DNA from: Clostridiales bacterium
Lineage (GTDB): Bacteria; Bacillota; Clostridia; Oscillospirales; Oscillospiraceae
DNA: 64,000 nucleotides
Direction of reading: 5' to 3'
Assembly (NCBI GenBank): GCA_029265405.1
Contig: JAJUJI010000009.1
Location: 1-64,000 of the forward strand
Under the pieces are notes generated by a model. That model was not told where the DNA came from. It did no database searches and saw only the letters and a list, made by a program, of their open reading frames with translations. Shown piece after piece: positions 1 to 9,257 of this stretch (positions are counted from its first letter, which is position 1; each line of letters opens with the position of its first letter). A program made the position numbers and the translations under genes.

Positions 1-171
1 AATTCTTCCCGCTTCGTTGTTCGTTTCCGAAGGCTGTATTCCATATCGCTGAAGCTCTGCTGACTCATTCCGCCACCGCCTGCGCTTTTTCTTCTATTTT
101 ACCATACTTGGGTTTCATTGTACGATTAAATCAGCGGTTCCCTAGACTACACCATTAAATTCCTTGGCCTT

Positions 172-669
172 GTGGCCGTTATTCCGGATGAAAAACCATG
201 GTTTTTTGAGCTCAGCCATTTCGTGGGTATAGTCAAATATCCTCTGAAGCAGCCTGCGGAGCTGGGAAGCTTTGAGTTTGGGGACGAGCTTCTTGATTTC
301 AATAAATTTTGCGCCGCCAACGATAACGTGCAGCAATATCCTTACGGCTACGTCATACCAAAGGAGGAATACCTGAACGGGAATAAACGGATTTCGCATA
401 TTATCTGCATGAGCCACGACTACGGGGCCGCAGACGCCCCCGAAATAGTACCGCAGGGAGAATACTTGGTTTTAAAGAAAAATATACGCTGCCGATTCGG
501 GGAGGAGCGCAGCATGGCCTACTCGTTGATTGATGAGCATATGCGGGAAAAAGGGCTATCCGTCGCCGGCGATACGTACGAAATACCCGTCGATATACCG
601 GAATTCATGCGCAGCTCCGACCATTTTCATGTTTTGTTCATGGTTCGCGTGGAGGGACGGGGAGCATAG
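172..669 (+). CDS. Stand-alone GyrI-like (effector-binding) domain protein
   Basis: 165-aa ORF. Resembles the C-terminal ligand-binding half of the MerR regulator encoded just downstream. No HTH present. Confidence 0.5.
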   Translation: MAVIPDEKPWFFELSHFVGIVKYPLKQPAELGSFEFGDELLDFNKFCAANDNVQQYPYGYVIPKEEYLNGNKRISHIICMSHDYGAADAPEIVPQGEYLVLKKNIRCRFGEERSMAYSLIDEHMREKGLSVAGDTYEIPVDIPEFMRSSDHFHVLFMVRVEGRGA

Positions 670-861
670 ATTTTCTTTTTCGCGACTTCATTCATTTCAT
701 TTATATTATAGCACATTTTTTATAATAATAAAGCGTCAAACGTCACGTTTTTAGCTATGTTGGCCATTTTCCATAATCAGCATAAATATGCGCAAGAATA
801 ATATATTCTATCCGTTTTCCGCCGTATTGTTGATTTAAATTGATGTTGCGGGTGTAGAAAA

Positions 862-1704
862 ATGAAGCACGGTAATTACAAAGCCTTATCCATAAGCCAG
901 TTTGCAAAATATTGCGGCACTACACGACAAACGCTCCAATACTACGATAAAATCGGCCTGCTTCACCCGGCGATTACGGGCGAGCAGGGATACCGATATT
1001 ATGTGCCGCCGCAAAGCTATGATATCAGGCTGATTACCACCCTTAAAAGCATGGGCTGCACGCTCGAGGAAATCAAAAATATATTCGACAGCGGCGACAG
1101 CGACATTATTTTCGAGGTGTTAAGGCAGAAAAAGCAGAACATTGACGAAGAGCTTAAGCGCCTTCAGGAAAGCAGGCAAATGCTCGAAAAGGCCGAGTTC
1201 ATATTCAGATTCAATAAAATGCTGCCCGAGCGCCCCATCCTTGCCGACATCGACAGGGAGTTTATCGTAACGCGCTTCCCTTTCAAACGGCTCGTTGATT
1301 ACGACAGCCCGGGTTTTTATTCCGAGCAGCTCGGCGTTTCCGAGCGGTGTCTGTCCCTCTCGTTCACGCAAATGCACCCAAGCGGGCTTATTGTTCCCAA
1401 GGACGAGCTTTTAAGCGGCGGAAACCGCTTGTCTTACATGTTTTTCTTGTTTCACGACTCGAAGTTCGGCGAAAATCTGTACAAAATCCAGGCCGGAAGA
1501 TACCTTTTTTACAGGATTCACGCCCATTACCCCTTTGCCGAAAAAAGAGCGGCGGCCTACGAAGCCCTATTGTGTTATATTAAAGAAAGCAATCTCGCGG
1601 TTACCGGCGACGCTCTTGAGATAATGATAAAGATTCCGGGAAAGCCCGGCAATGGGGATGATTTTCAAATAATGCTTATAGTTCCCGTCGAAAACCGCCT
1701 CTGA
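862..1704 (+). CDS. MerR-family transcriptional regulator with C-terminal GyrI-like effector-binding domain (BmrR/TipA-type)
   Basis: N-terminal MerR HTH (LSISQFAKYCGTTRQTLQYYDKIGLL), coiled-coil linker, then GyrI-like C-terminal domain. Confidence 0.8.
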   Translation: MKHGNYKALSISQFAKYCGTTRQTLQYYDKIGLLHPAITGEQGYRYYVPPQSYDIRLITTLKSMGCTLEEIKNIFDSGDSDIIFEVLRQKKQNIDEELKRLQESRQMLEKAEFIFRFNKMLPERPILADIDREFIVTRFPFKRLVDYDSPGFYSEQLGVSERCLSLSFTQMHPSGLIVPKDELLSGGNRLSYMFFLFHDSKFGENLYKIQAGRYLFYRIHAHYPFAEKRAAAYEALLCYIKESNLAVTGDALEIMIKIPGKPGNGDDFQIMLIVPVENRL

Positions 1705-1765
1705 AATCGTCCGGAGTTGCCGCGCTTTATACGAGCAAGGCGCGCAAGCCGACGGCACAATAAGA

Positions 1766-1801
1766 GCTGTGCGGGGGCGCGTGGCGCGCCTTCCGCACAG
1801 C
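1766..1801. terminator. Bidirectional intrinsic terminator hairpin between convergent genes
   Basis: GCTGTGCGG...CCGCACAGC 9-bp stem with T-rich flank. Lies between the MerR gene (+) end and the flotillin gene (-) end. Confidence 0.5.
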
Positions 1802-1834
1802 CTTATTTGCCGTTTCAATGCGGCCCGCTCCTGT

Positions 1835-3229
1835 CTATTTAGCCGGTTCGGGAACCGGAGCGGCTTCCGCAGACGCCGCTTTTTCGCTGCCCATGAAGGC
1901 CGGGAGATTCATGCCCGCCATGGAAAACAACTCGTTGAGCGGTGGAATGCTTTTCATAAGCCCCGAAATGTAGCCCGCCGTGGCGGTTTTTCCTTCTTTG
2001 CTCTCGCCGCCGTCCCAAACGGTTACCTTGTCGATCTTTATACCCTTGACGGCTTCGACCTGAAGCTTTACAAGCTCCTGCATCTTGTCGGCTATCATGA
2101 GCTGTATTGCCGCCTCAGGGCTGCCGCCCGCCGCCTGCACTATTTCACGGAAGCCTTCCGCCTGCTTCATGAGTATTGTCTTGATGCCTTCGGCTTCGGC
2201 GTTCCTTTTTGCGAGTATTGCGTCGGCCTCGCCCTTTGCCCTGCGGCGGATCTGTTCGGCCTCGGCCTCTGCCTCAAGCTCTATCTTGCGCTTGGCAATC
2301 TCGGTGCTGACGATGACGTTTGCCTCCTGAGTGGCTTTTTCACGGGCGTAGCGGGCTGCCTCGGCCTGCTGCTCGGCGGCGTAGGCTTCCTCAAGGGCCT
2401 TGGCCGCCTGTATCTTTTCAGCCGCCGTAGCTATCCTAAGCGCTTCGGCCTCCTTTTCGCGGCGCGCCGCGTTGGACATCGCTATGGCCATCTTTGCGTC
2501 GTTTTCGCCCTTGATGGCCTCAGAGTCCGCCTGGGACACCTGCACGCGCTGGTCGCGGCTGGCGTTGGCCTCGCCGATTGCGCCGTCGCGGTTTTTTTCG
2601 GCCACGGTCTTCTTCGCGTCGTTTATTGCCTTGGCTGCGGCCTCCTTGCCGAGAGCTTCTATGTAGCCGGACTCGTCGCTGATATCCGTAATGTTGACGT
2701 TTATGAGCCTTAAGCCTATTTTCTTAAGCTCGGATTCCACGTTGCGCGATACGGCGTCAAGGAATTTGTCGCGGTCGGTGTTGATCTCCTCTATGTCCAT
2801 CGTCGCTATCACCAGGCGGAGCTGTCCGAATATTATATCCTTGGCAAGCTCCTGCACCTGATCCATTTTAAGTCCAAGAAGGCGCTCGGCCGCATTCTGC
2901 ATTACCCCCGGCTCCGTGGAAATGCCGACTGTAAAGCTGGACGGAACGTTGATTCGGATGTTCTGCCTGGACAATGCGTTAACAAGATCCACCGTGATTG
3001 ACATTGGGCGCAGATCCAGGTATTCATAGGACTGGATTATCGGCCATACGAAGGCTGCGCCGCCATGAATGCACTTGGAGCTTCTCGTCGTTCCGTCGCT
3101 GTTGCTGCCGACGTTGCCGTATACTACCATGATTTTGTCCGAGGGGCAGCGCCTGTAGCGTCTGAGTATGGCCACAAACAGCGAGAAGGCCAGCACGACT
3201 ACCACGCAGATGAGAATAAAGGTCTCCAT
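1835..3229 (-). CDS. Flotillin-like SPFH/band-7 protein (FloT/YuaG-type)
   Basis: N-terminal TM, SPFH domain, long Ala/Glu/Lys-rich coiled-coil region (EA repeats), 464 aa. Sits downstream of NfeD as in yuaF-yuaG. Confidence 0.85.
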   Translation of the reverse strand: METFILICVVVVLAFSLFVAILRRYRRCPSDKIMVVYGNVGSNSDGTTRSSKCIHGGAAFVWPIIQSYEYLDLRPMSITVDLVNALSRQNIRINVPSSFTVGISTEPGVMQNAAERLLGLKMDQVQELAKDIIFGQLRLVIATMDIEEINTDRDKFLDAVSRNVESELKKIGLRLINVNITDISDESGYIEALGKEAAAKAINDAKKTVAEKNRDGAIGEANASRDQRVQVSQADSEAIKGENDAKMAIAMSNAARREKEAEALRIATAAEKIQAAKALEEAYAAEQQAEAARYAREKATQEANVIVSTEIAKRKIELEAEAEAEQIRRRAKGEADAILAKRNAEAEGIKTILMKQAEGFREIVQAAGGSPEAAIQLMIADKMQELVKLQVEAVKGIKIDKVTVWDGGESKEGKTATAGYISGLMKSIPPLNELFSMAGMNLPAFMGSEKAASAEAAPVPEPAK

Positions 3230-3301
3230 TTATCTTTTCCTCCTTGTTTTTTCCGGCGTACGCCGGTTCGTTTCAATGCAAACGGCCGCAGGCCGAGAGC
3301 T

Positions 3302-3952
3302 TTATACAGTCTTTTTCGCGACTATCAGCATTCCATCCTCCGTAACCCCGGTAACGACTATCTCGGAGCCTGTGGCGATCGGCGCGGCTTCCTCGGTTAC
3401 CGCGTCGAATTCTGCGTAGCGCTCCTGAAGCAGCACGTTCACCTTCCCCTTTCCGCCGCCAGCTCCCGGAATAGTCAAATACACCGTCCCGCCAAGACCT
3501 ACGGCATTTTCCAGCTCTATTGCACCGTTGCTCTGCATCGCCAAAAACAGCTTCATCACAGCGGCGACAAGGAGCATGGCCGCAAAGCCCATCAGCAGCC
3601 CGAAGCCAACGGCGGCAAGCCATGGGTGCCCGGCCCTTGATATGGCCAGCGCGCCCCAGCCGTAGACCGCGAGAAAGGCCACTATGCCCCTAAGCGTCAA
3701 CAGCCTGAGCCCGGAGGCTCCGTTGTCATGCCCGGAATCATGCTCCCCTCCACCGCTCTGATCGTGCTCAAAGCCGTGGGCGCCGTCATGCCCGACATCA
3801 TGCTCAGAGCCGTCAAGGTCATGCTCTCCCGCCAAGCCGGCAACCGACAGCAGAGTCTGAATGACCAGCACCAGCGTTGCCGGCGCGGCTATGCAGGCCA
3901 GGATCCGCTGAAGCAACGTAAGTGAAGCCCACCATGCCGACATAATTACCAC
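3302..3952 (-). CDS. NfeD-like membrane protein (YuaF-type), flotillin partner
   Basis: Multi-TM N-terminus, His/Asp/Gly-rich linker, C-terminal OB-fold-like soluble domain. Immediately upstream of the flotillin gene. Confidence 0.7.
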   Translation of the reverse strand: MVIMSAWWASLTLLQRILACIAAPATLVLVIQTLLSVAGLAGEHDLDGSEHDVGHDGAHGFEHDQSGGGEHDSGHDNGASGLRLLTLRGIVAFLAVYGWGALAISRAGHPWLAAVGFGLLMGFAAMLLVAAVMKLFLAMQSNGAIELENAVGLGGTVYLTIPGAGGGKGKVNVLLQERYAEFDAVTEEAAPIATGSEIVVTGVTEDGMLIVAKKTV

Positions 3953-3956
3953 CCCT

Positions 3957-4532
3957 TCATTTATTGAATATCTCCTGCATCATTTCCTCGGCCAACCGCT
4001 TTTTCACCGACGCCTCGTAGGCCGTCGCCATGATTTTGAGAACATTCTCAATTCTTTTTCTCGCCCCCTCGAAAGGCTCGCTGTAGTCAGCCAGCACCTT
4101 GCCGCAATCCGTCTCACCTCCTATAGTCATGCAGACCATATACATGTAGAGCCTCGTATCGTCGATAGCATCGTCGCTCTCGTCGTCAAGGTGCCCGTTG
4201 ACATAGGTCAGCAGCATGCAAATGCGGTCCAGCGGCAGCACGCTTCTCAGCGTGTTGATAATCAGTATGCGCGAAAGCTGCCTGCGCGAATACTTTTTGT
4301 TTACCGGCGACGGGAGGAAGCCCCTTGCCACCCAATTTTGTATCATGTGCGACTCCAGCCCAGTGATTCGCGAAACCTGCGACAACACCAGATCCCCCGC
4401 TACAAACAGGCCTGACAGAAGCCTTTCGGCCGCCTCAACGCTCGCCTCCTCCAACGCGACGGCGGAACCCGGCAGATATGTTTTCATGAGCCTCAATCCT
4501 TTCCATGCGACAGATTGTACTTTACGTAACAA
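3957..4532 (-). CDS. DUF1836-like putative DNA-binding protein (MerR-like HTH)
   Basis: HTH-like segment VSRITGLESHMIQNWVARGFL. First gene of the minus-strand run ahead of NfeD and flotillin. Start codon uncertain (possibly the internal MKTY at about 4487). Confidence 0.5.
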   Translation of the reverse strand: MLRKVQSVAWKGLRLMKTYLPGSAVALEEASVEAAERLLSGLFVAGDLVLSQVSRITGLESHMIQNWVARGFLPSPVNKKYSRRQLSRILIINTLRSVLPLDRICMLLTYVNGHLDDESDDAIDDTRLYMYMVCMTIGGETDCGKVLADYSEPFEGARKRIENVLKIMATAYEASVKKRLAEEMMQEIFNK

Positions 4533-4607
4533 ATCATTTGATTGTTTCCATAGTCATCATTTATATGTCACGATTTGAGAGGATATTATCATACAATCAT
4601 TTGATTG
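4531..4607. promoter_or_regulatory. Two copies of a 14-bp palindrome (CAATCA-TT-TGATTG) spaced 63 bp apart in the promoter region of the DUF1836-nfeD-flotillin operon
   Basis: aaatcatttgattg at 4531-4544 and caatcatttgattg at 4594-4607. Perfect 6-bp inverted arms. Confidence 0.5.
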
Positions 4608-4896
4608 TCAATAGTTATCCATAGATTTTATTAGAAAATTAACTGATATTTTTTATCGATAGCGCAAGAAACGGTTGACTCGGCTGCCTTTAAAGCTTGC
4701 TCCGCCTGCAAAGCCGACAAAGCGCGCCAAAGCCGCCCGAAATTGGAATATTTAGCCCCACGGCCGCTCAATAAATTCCCTCGCCGCTTATGAAACCCTC
4801 GCCGCAGCCCGCGCAGCAATCTTTAATAGCAGGCGCCGCGTCCCTCTCATAATATAAAATATGAGGATCAATACGGCTAAAAGGAATTAGAAATAA

Positions 4897-6201
4897 ATGG
4901 ATATAAAGCGAGCGGCTGCGGAATCGGGCGCGCTCAGGCGCCCATACTCAGCCACAGTACGCAAGCGGAAAGCTGCGATCAAAAAGCGCAAAATGAGCCT
5001 TATTAAATACATAGGACCGGCTTTTGTTGTGAGCGTCGCCTATATGGACCCCGGCAACTTTGCCACCAACATCAGCGGCGGCTCAAGGTTCGGCTACGAG
5101 CTTATCTGGGTGGTCATGTGGAGCAACGTCATGGCTATTTTCCTGCAAATCATGTCCGCAAAGCTTGGGATAGCCTCCGGCAGGAGCTTGCCGGAACTGT
5201 GCTCCTTAGCCTTTTCTCGGCCAGCAAATATTATATTCTGGATAATCGCAGAATTGGGAGCCATGGCGACTAACCTGGCGGAATTCATCGGCGCGGCTCT
5301 TGGTCTTTGCCTGCTGTTTCGCATACCGATGCTTTTTGCGGGCCTGCTTTCCGCCGCCCTGAGCTTTGCTATCTGCTCTCTCGAAAAATACGGCCAAAGG
5401 CTGGTGGAGGCGGTCATCACCGCATTTGTCGCCGTTATAAGCGCGGCCTATTTTATCGAGATATTTCTTGCCGGGCCGGACTGGGCTCAGGCCGGCATAC
5501 ATGCGCTGCTTCCCTCCCTGCCGGACAAGGAAGCCCTGCTGATAGCGGCGGGCATGCTGGGCGCTACGGTTATGCCGCATGTGATTTATCTGCATTCTCA
5601 GCTTGTACAGCACAGGCGCGCGGATTCCAGCGAGGCCGATAAGGCGCGGCATTTAAAAATGGAAAAAATAGATATAATGGTCGCCATGAATACGGCGTTT
5701 TTGATCAACGCGGCCATGATAATAGTATCCTCCGCCGTTTTCTCCAAAAACGGCTTGGCTGTGGATTCCGTCGAGCAGGCCCACAAATCCCTTGAGCCTC
5801 TTTTAGGCCGACTGTCTGCCGGAGCCTTCGGCGTCGCGCTTTTGGCCTCCGGTCTTTCATCCTCCGCCGTCGGCACTATGGCGGGGCAATCAGTGATGAA
5901 GGGTTTTATCAATGTCAGTATTCCCGACGGCGTTATGAGGCTCGTCACCATGCTGCCTGCCGTTTCCGTTATTATTCTCGGGCTGGATCCGATGCGAGCG
6001 CTGCTGCTGAGCCAGGTGAGCCTCAGCTTTATCCTGCCGGTACCCGTAATTCAAATGCTGTATATCGCCGGGAAACCGGAATATATGGGCTCCTTTACGA
6101 ATAAGCCGTGGGTCCGCATCGTCGGCATAGCCGTCGCCTCGTTAATTATCGCCCTCAATGTTTTTCTCCTGCTGTCGGTCTTCGGAGCAATCGGCGGCTA
6201 G
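4897..6201 (+). CDS. mntH: NRAMP-family divalent metal (Mn2+/Fe2+) transporter MntH
   Basis: Conserved NRAMP motifs (DPGNFATNI, MPHVIYLHS), about 11 TMs, 434 aa. Confidence 0.9.
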   Translation: MDIKRAAAESGALRRPYSATVRKRKAAIKKRKMSLIKYIGPAFVVSVAYMDPGNFATNISGGSRFGYELIWVVMWSNVMAIFLQIMSAKLGIASGRSLPELCSLAFSRPANIIFWIIAELGAMATNLAEFIGAALGLCLLFRIPMLFAGLLSAALSFAICSLEKYGQRLVEAVITAFVAVISAAYFIEIFLAGPDWAQAGIHALLPSLPDKEALLIAAGMLGATVMPHVIYLHSQLVQHRRADSSEADKARHLKMEKIDIMVAMNTAFLINAAMIIVSSAVFSKNGLAVDSVEQAHKSLEPLLGRLSAGAFGVALLASGLSSSAVGTMAGQSVMKGFINVSIPDGVMRLVTMLPAVSVIILGLDPMRALLLSQVSLSFILPVPVIQMLYIAGKPEYMGSFTNKPWVRIVGIAVASLIIALNVFLLLSVFGAIGG

Positions 6202-6292
6202 CGTTTACGCTTTTGCCTGACTTTCCGCAAAGCTTAATATTTTCATTGAAGCCTCTCCCTGCGTATGATATCCTACGCTCAGAGGTGAAATT

Positions 6293-7231
6293 ATGGTTGC
6301 GGAGCATGAAATAATTTCATATAAAAAAATACGGCATATAAACGCCTTTGTGATAAACATCACCTACCGCGGCTACCACGTGCACGACGACTTTGAGATC
6401 CTTGGCGTTATCCGGGGAAAGGCCGTCATAAGGCTGCTTCATGGCGAGTACCCGGTTTCAGCCGGCTCCGTCGTGATATTCAACTCCAGGGAGGCGCATG
6501 AAATCGACTCTATGGGCGGCGAGGTAGTAGCCGTCGTGATCCAGACCTCTCCCCACTTCATGCGCGAATACATCGTTAACATGCCCAGGATACTCTTTTC
6601 CTGTACGGATTTGGGAAGCGTCCTTCCCGAAGACGAGCTTAAGGATTTCATAAAGCTCGTCTGCCTGACGGCGCGCTCCTATCTGGAGGCCAGGCCTTAT
6701 TATGAGTACAAATGCATTGAAAGCATAATGAAAATATACGGCATTCTGACCGAGCGTGTGCCAAATAAGCTTGTAAACATGAAGGAGCACATGTACCACG
6801 TATCAAGGGACCGCAAAATGGAGGCCATAACGGAATACATAGACGCCAACTACCAATACGGAATACGTTTGGAGGAGCTTGCTAAAAAGGTCAATATGTC
6901 CCCGGGCTATTTTTCCCATTTTTTCTCCGAAAGCTTTGGCATAAGCTTTCAGGAGTATTTGAACAATATCAGATTCGACCATGCCCTTAGGCTCATAAGC
7001 AAGCCGAATGTAACATTGTTTGACGTGTCGGCGACCAGCGGCTTTTCCGATCCCAAATATATGACAAAAATGTTTATAAAAAAATTGGGCTGCACGCCCA
7101 AGGAATACAGGCGGCAGCTCAACTCGTACAAGGATCCGGCGGCCGTGCCCGGCTCGGCCCATCCCCTGCAATTTTACTATTCCGAAACGGAGGCGATGGG
7201 ATTGATAGACGGCTTCCTTGAAAGCCGCTGA
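6293..7231 (+). CDS. AraC-family transcriptional regulator (N-terminal cupin, C-terminal dual HTH)
   Basis: C-terminal AraC HTH signature (LEELAKKVNMSPGYFSHFF...FSDPKYMTKMFIKKLGCTPKEYRR). Confidence 0.85.
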   Translation: MVAEHEIISYKKIRHINAFVINITYRGYHVHDDFEILGVIRGKAVIRLLHGEYPVSAGSVVIFNSREAHEIDSMGGEVVAVVIQTSPHFMREYIVNMPRILFSCTDLGSVLPEDELKDFIKLVCLTARSYLEARPYYEYKCIESIMKIYGILTERVPNKLVNMKEHMYHVSRDRKMEAITEYIDANYQYGIRLEELAKKVNMSPGYFSHFFSESFGISFQEYLNNIRFDHALRLISKPNVTLFDVSATSGFSDPKYMTKMFIKKLGCTPKEYRRQLNSYKDPAAVPGSAHPLQFYYSETEAMGLIDGFLESR

Positions 7232-7238
7232 TTCAGCC

Positions 7239-8012
7239 TTACAAGAAAACCGGCGGCTCTTTTTCCACCTCGCCGACAAGCTCCATGAGCCTGTCCAGCT
7301 CCTGCGCGCTGCCGCGGGCCAGGAAATATGCGCCCCCCTCCGCTCCGCAAATTCCGCCTCCCGCAAAAACTAAGGCGTCCGCGCCGGTCAGCAGCTTCAC
7401 TGCGTCAAGCTCCGTGAACGGCTCGCCGCCGAGCCGCAGATCGGGGCCCTTATTGTCCGGCCCGCAGAGCTCGGCAGCCATCGCCGACAGGTCGCAGCCG
7501 ACCCGCTTTTCAACTCCCACCGGAAAAATCTTTTTAGCTTTAGAGCCCAGGGAAATTCCGAGCGTTCCTCCCGTCTCCTTAGCACCGACCAGCACGGCGG
7601 CCTGCCTTGTTTCCAAATTGACCGCGTTGGCGCCCTTCAATATTACGTCCGTTTCGCAAAGGTTCCGGCATACCTCGGCAAGCTCATCGGTAAAAGACGG
7701 TTCACCCTTTGATATAACCAGATCGCCGCGCATCCTGGCCGGCTTGCGCGCATAGCCGGGAGGCAGGCTTACTCCCCTGTGGAACTCCCCGAAGCCGACA
7801 ATGTCCGTCCTCCCCGCGGCTCTGAGCAGCTCGTTTGCTATATAAGCGTTGGTCGTACCCATAATCACAACCAGCGTGCCGCCCTCCAGCGCCCGCCTTA
7901 CATCCGTTCTTTCCAATACGCCTTTTGCTATGAGCCGTTTTCCGGCCGACGGCGTGAGGTAAAACTGCATTTTCACGGCATTACCAATCCTTTCGGTTGA
8001 ATTCAAACACAC
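7239..8012 (-). CDS. Hypothetical protein, family not recognised (Gly-rich C-terminus GGGICGAEGG)
   Basis: 257-aa ORF with high coding potential. Likely start at the internal MQFYL (about 7970). Lies 24 bp downstream of the GH8 gene on the same strand. Confidence 0.5.
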   Translation of the reverse strand: MCLNSTERIGNAVKMQFYLTPSAGKRLIAKGVLERTDVRRALEGGTLVVIMGTTNAYIANELLRAAGRTDIVGFGEFHRGVSLPPGYARKPARMRGDLVISKGEPSFTDELAEVCRNLCETDVILKGANAVNLETRQAAVLVGAKETGGTLGISLGSKAKKIFPVGVEKRVGCDLSAMAAELCGPDNKGPDLRLGGEPFTELDAVKLLTGADALVFAGGGICGAEGGAYFLARGSAQELDRLMELVGEVEKEPPVFL

Positions 8013-8036
8013 AGCTTAAAGCATGCGGAGAGCTTG

Positions 8037-9152
8037 TCAATATATCCTGTAATTACCGCCGAGGGCAAGCAGCGTAAAAAAGTAGAGACAGTTGTCATAG
8101 TATCTTCTCTTGTCGGTACGCAGCGGCAGATCAAAAAAGTCCCTGGCGGCCTTAAGCCTGTATTTCCCATCGGCGGCCAGCGAGGCGCAGGCCCAGCTTG
8201 CCTTCATTCCCAGCGGGTGCATAATCGGTTCCTTCTCGAAAACGGCGCCGTCCGGATAAACAACGTGCAGCGACGGCTCCTCATGCTCGTAAACGTAGCT
8301 TTGAAGCGCGCCGGCTATTTCGCGCCGCCAAGGATCCGGGCCGCACCAGACGCTGTCCATGGCTATGTTGATGGCCACCCTGTAAGCGTCGCTGAAATAG
8401 CAGCCGCCGAGCCGGGCCCAGACATTGTCCTCGGCCTCGGCCGGAACGGGCAGCGGAGCCCCGTCAAAGCCCGTAAGATTGGGGGCGAGCCCCGTTTTAG
8501 GGTTGCAGGCGGCGCGGAGATACCTTCTGCTGCTCTCCGCCGCCTCCTTCCAAAACCGCCTGTCTGCCTCGTCGGCGCGGAGTGCAAACTGCTCGTAGAA
8601 GTGCGGCAAATGGTAGGAAGGGTCGGTAAACTGCGCTTCGGGCACAAACTTGATGAGCTTCGTTCTTTCATCCCACATGGATAGCGCGCCCTTATGCACA
8701 CAGGCGCGCAATATCCTCCTCGCCTGAGCGCCGTAGTCTAGCGGCGGTTCCCCGTCGCCCCAGCGCGCGGAGGCAAAAAGCAGCGCCATGGCGTAATACT
8801 CCTCACCGTCCGGAGCCGGGCCCTCCGCCCGTCTTGTTCCGTCGGTATTGCAGCTCCAGGCGAAATAGTCCTCGTACCTGCCGGAGCCATGGCGCATATA
8901 TTTCAGGCTCCAGCGCCATATGCGGTCGAACACATCTTTGTCGTCCATCTGCACGGCCATCATCATGCCGTAGGACATGCCCTCCGTCCTGACATCGTCG
9001 TTGCCGGTATCTGTAAAATACCCCATATCGTCGCCGGCTTCCTCATATATGCGGCATGGGCCCCTGGTAAGCTCCATCCAAACCTCTCTGGTTCTCCTTT
9101 GCACAGTTTCCTCGTCGATGCCCGCTTGTCTTAGGATATTCGGATAAACCAC
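8037..9152 (-). CDS. Glycoside hydrolase family 8 (reducing-end xylose-releasing exo-oligoxylanase-like)
   Basis: GH8-like motifs (TEGMSYGMMMAV; DAYRVAINIAMD), 371 aa, no signal peptide. Confidence 0.65.
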   Translation of the reverse strand: MVYPNILRQAGIDEETVQRRTREVWMELTRGPCRIYEEAGDDMGYFTDTGNDDVRTEGMSYGMMMAVQMDDKDVFDRIWRWSLKYMRHGSGRYEDYFAWSCNTDGTRRAEGPAPDGEEYYAMALLFASARWGDGEPPLDYGAQARRILRACVHKGALSMWDERTKLIKFVPEAQFTDPSYHLPHFYEQFALRADEADRRFWKEAAESSRRYLRAACNPKTGLAPNLTGFDGAPLPVPAEAEDNVWARLGGCYFSDAYRVAINIAMDSVWCGPDPWRREIAGALQSYVYEHEEPSLHVVYPDGAVFEKEPIMHPLGMKASWACASLAADGKYRLKAARDFFDLPLRTDKRRYYDNCLYFFTLLALGGNYRIY

Positions 9153-9257
9153 GGCTTCCAGCCCTCCTTTGCAGCCTTGCGGCCGTACCGCTACGCCGGC
9201 CGCGCTTTATTCATTCATAAACCGCCTTGCTTCTCTTTTCTTGGCCAGTTCTTTGAC

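Noticed and set aside
1769-2713. 314-aa plus-strand ORF (plus 2085..2330 and 2400..2666)
   Set aside because: Antisense to the flotillin gene. Its Ala/Arg/Leu-rich composition is the mirror of the Ala/Glu/Lys coiled-coil codons. No functional motifs.
4560-4896. Possible Mn-sensing (yybP-ykoY) riboswitch ahead of mntH
   Set aside because: No recognisable conserved yybP-ykoY blocks. The region is better explained as a divergent promoter with the twin palindromic operators.
8034-8684. 216-aa plus-strand ORF and other overlapping ORFs across the GH8 gene
   Set aside because: Antisense to a well-supported GH8 CDS. Typical high-GC shadow ORFs.
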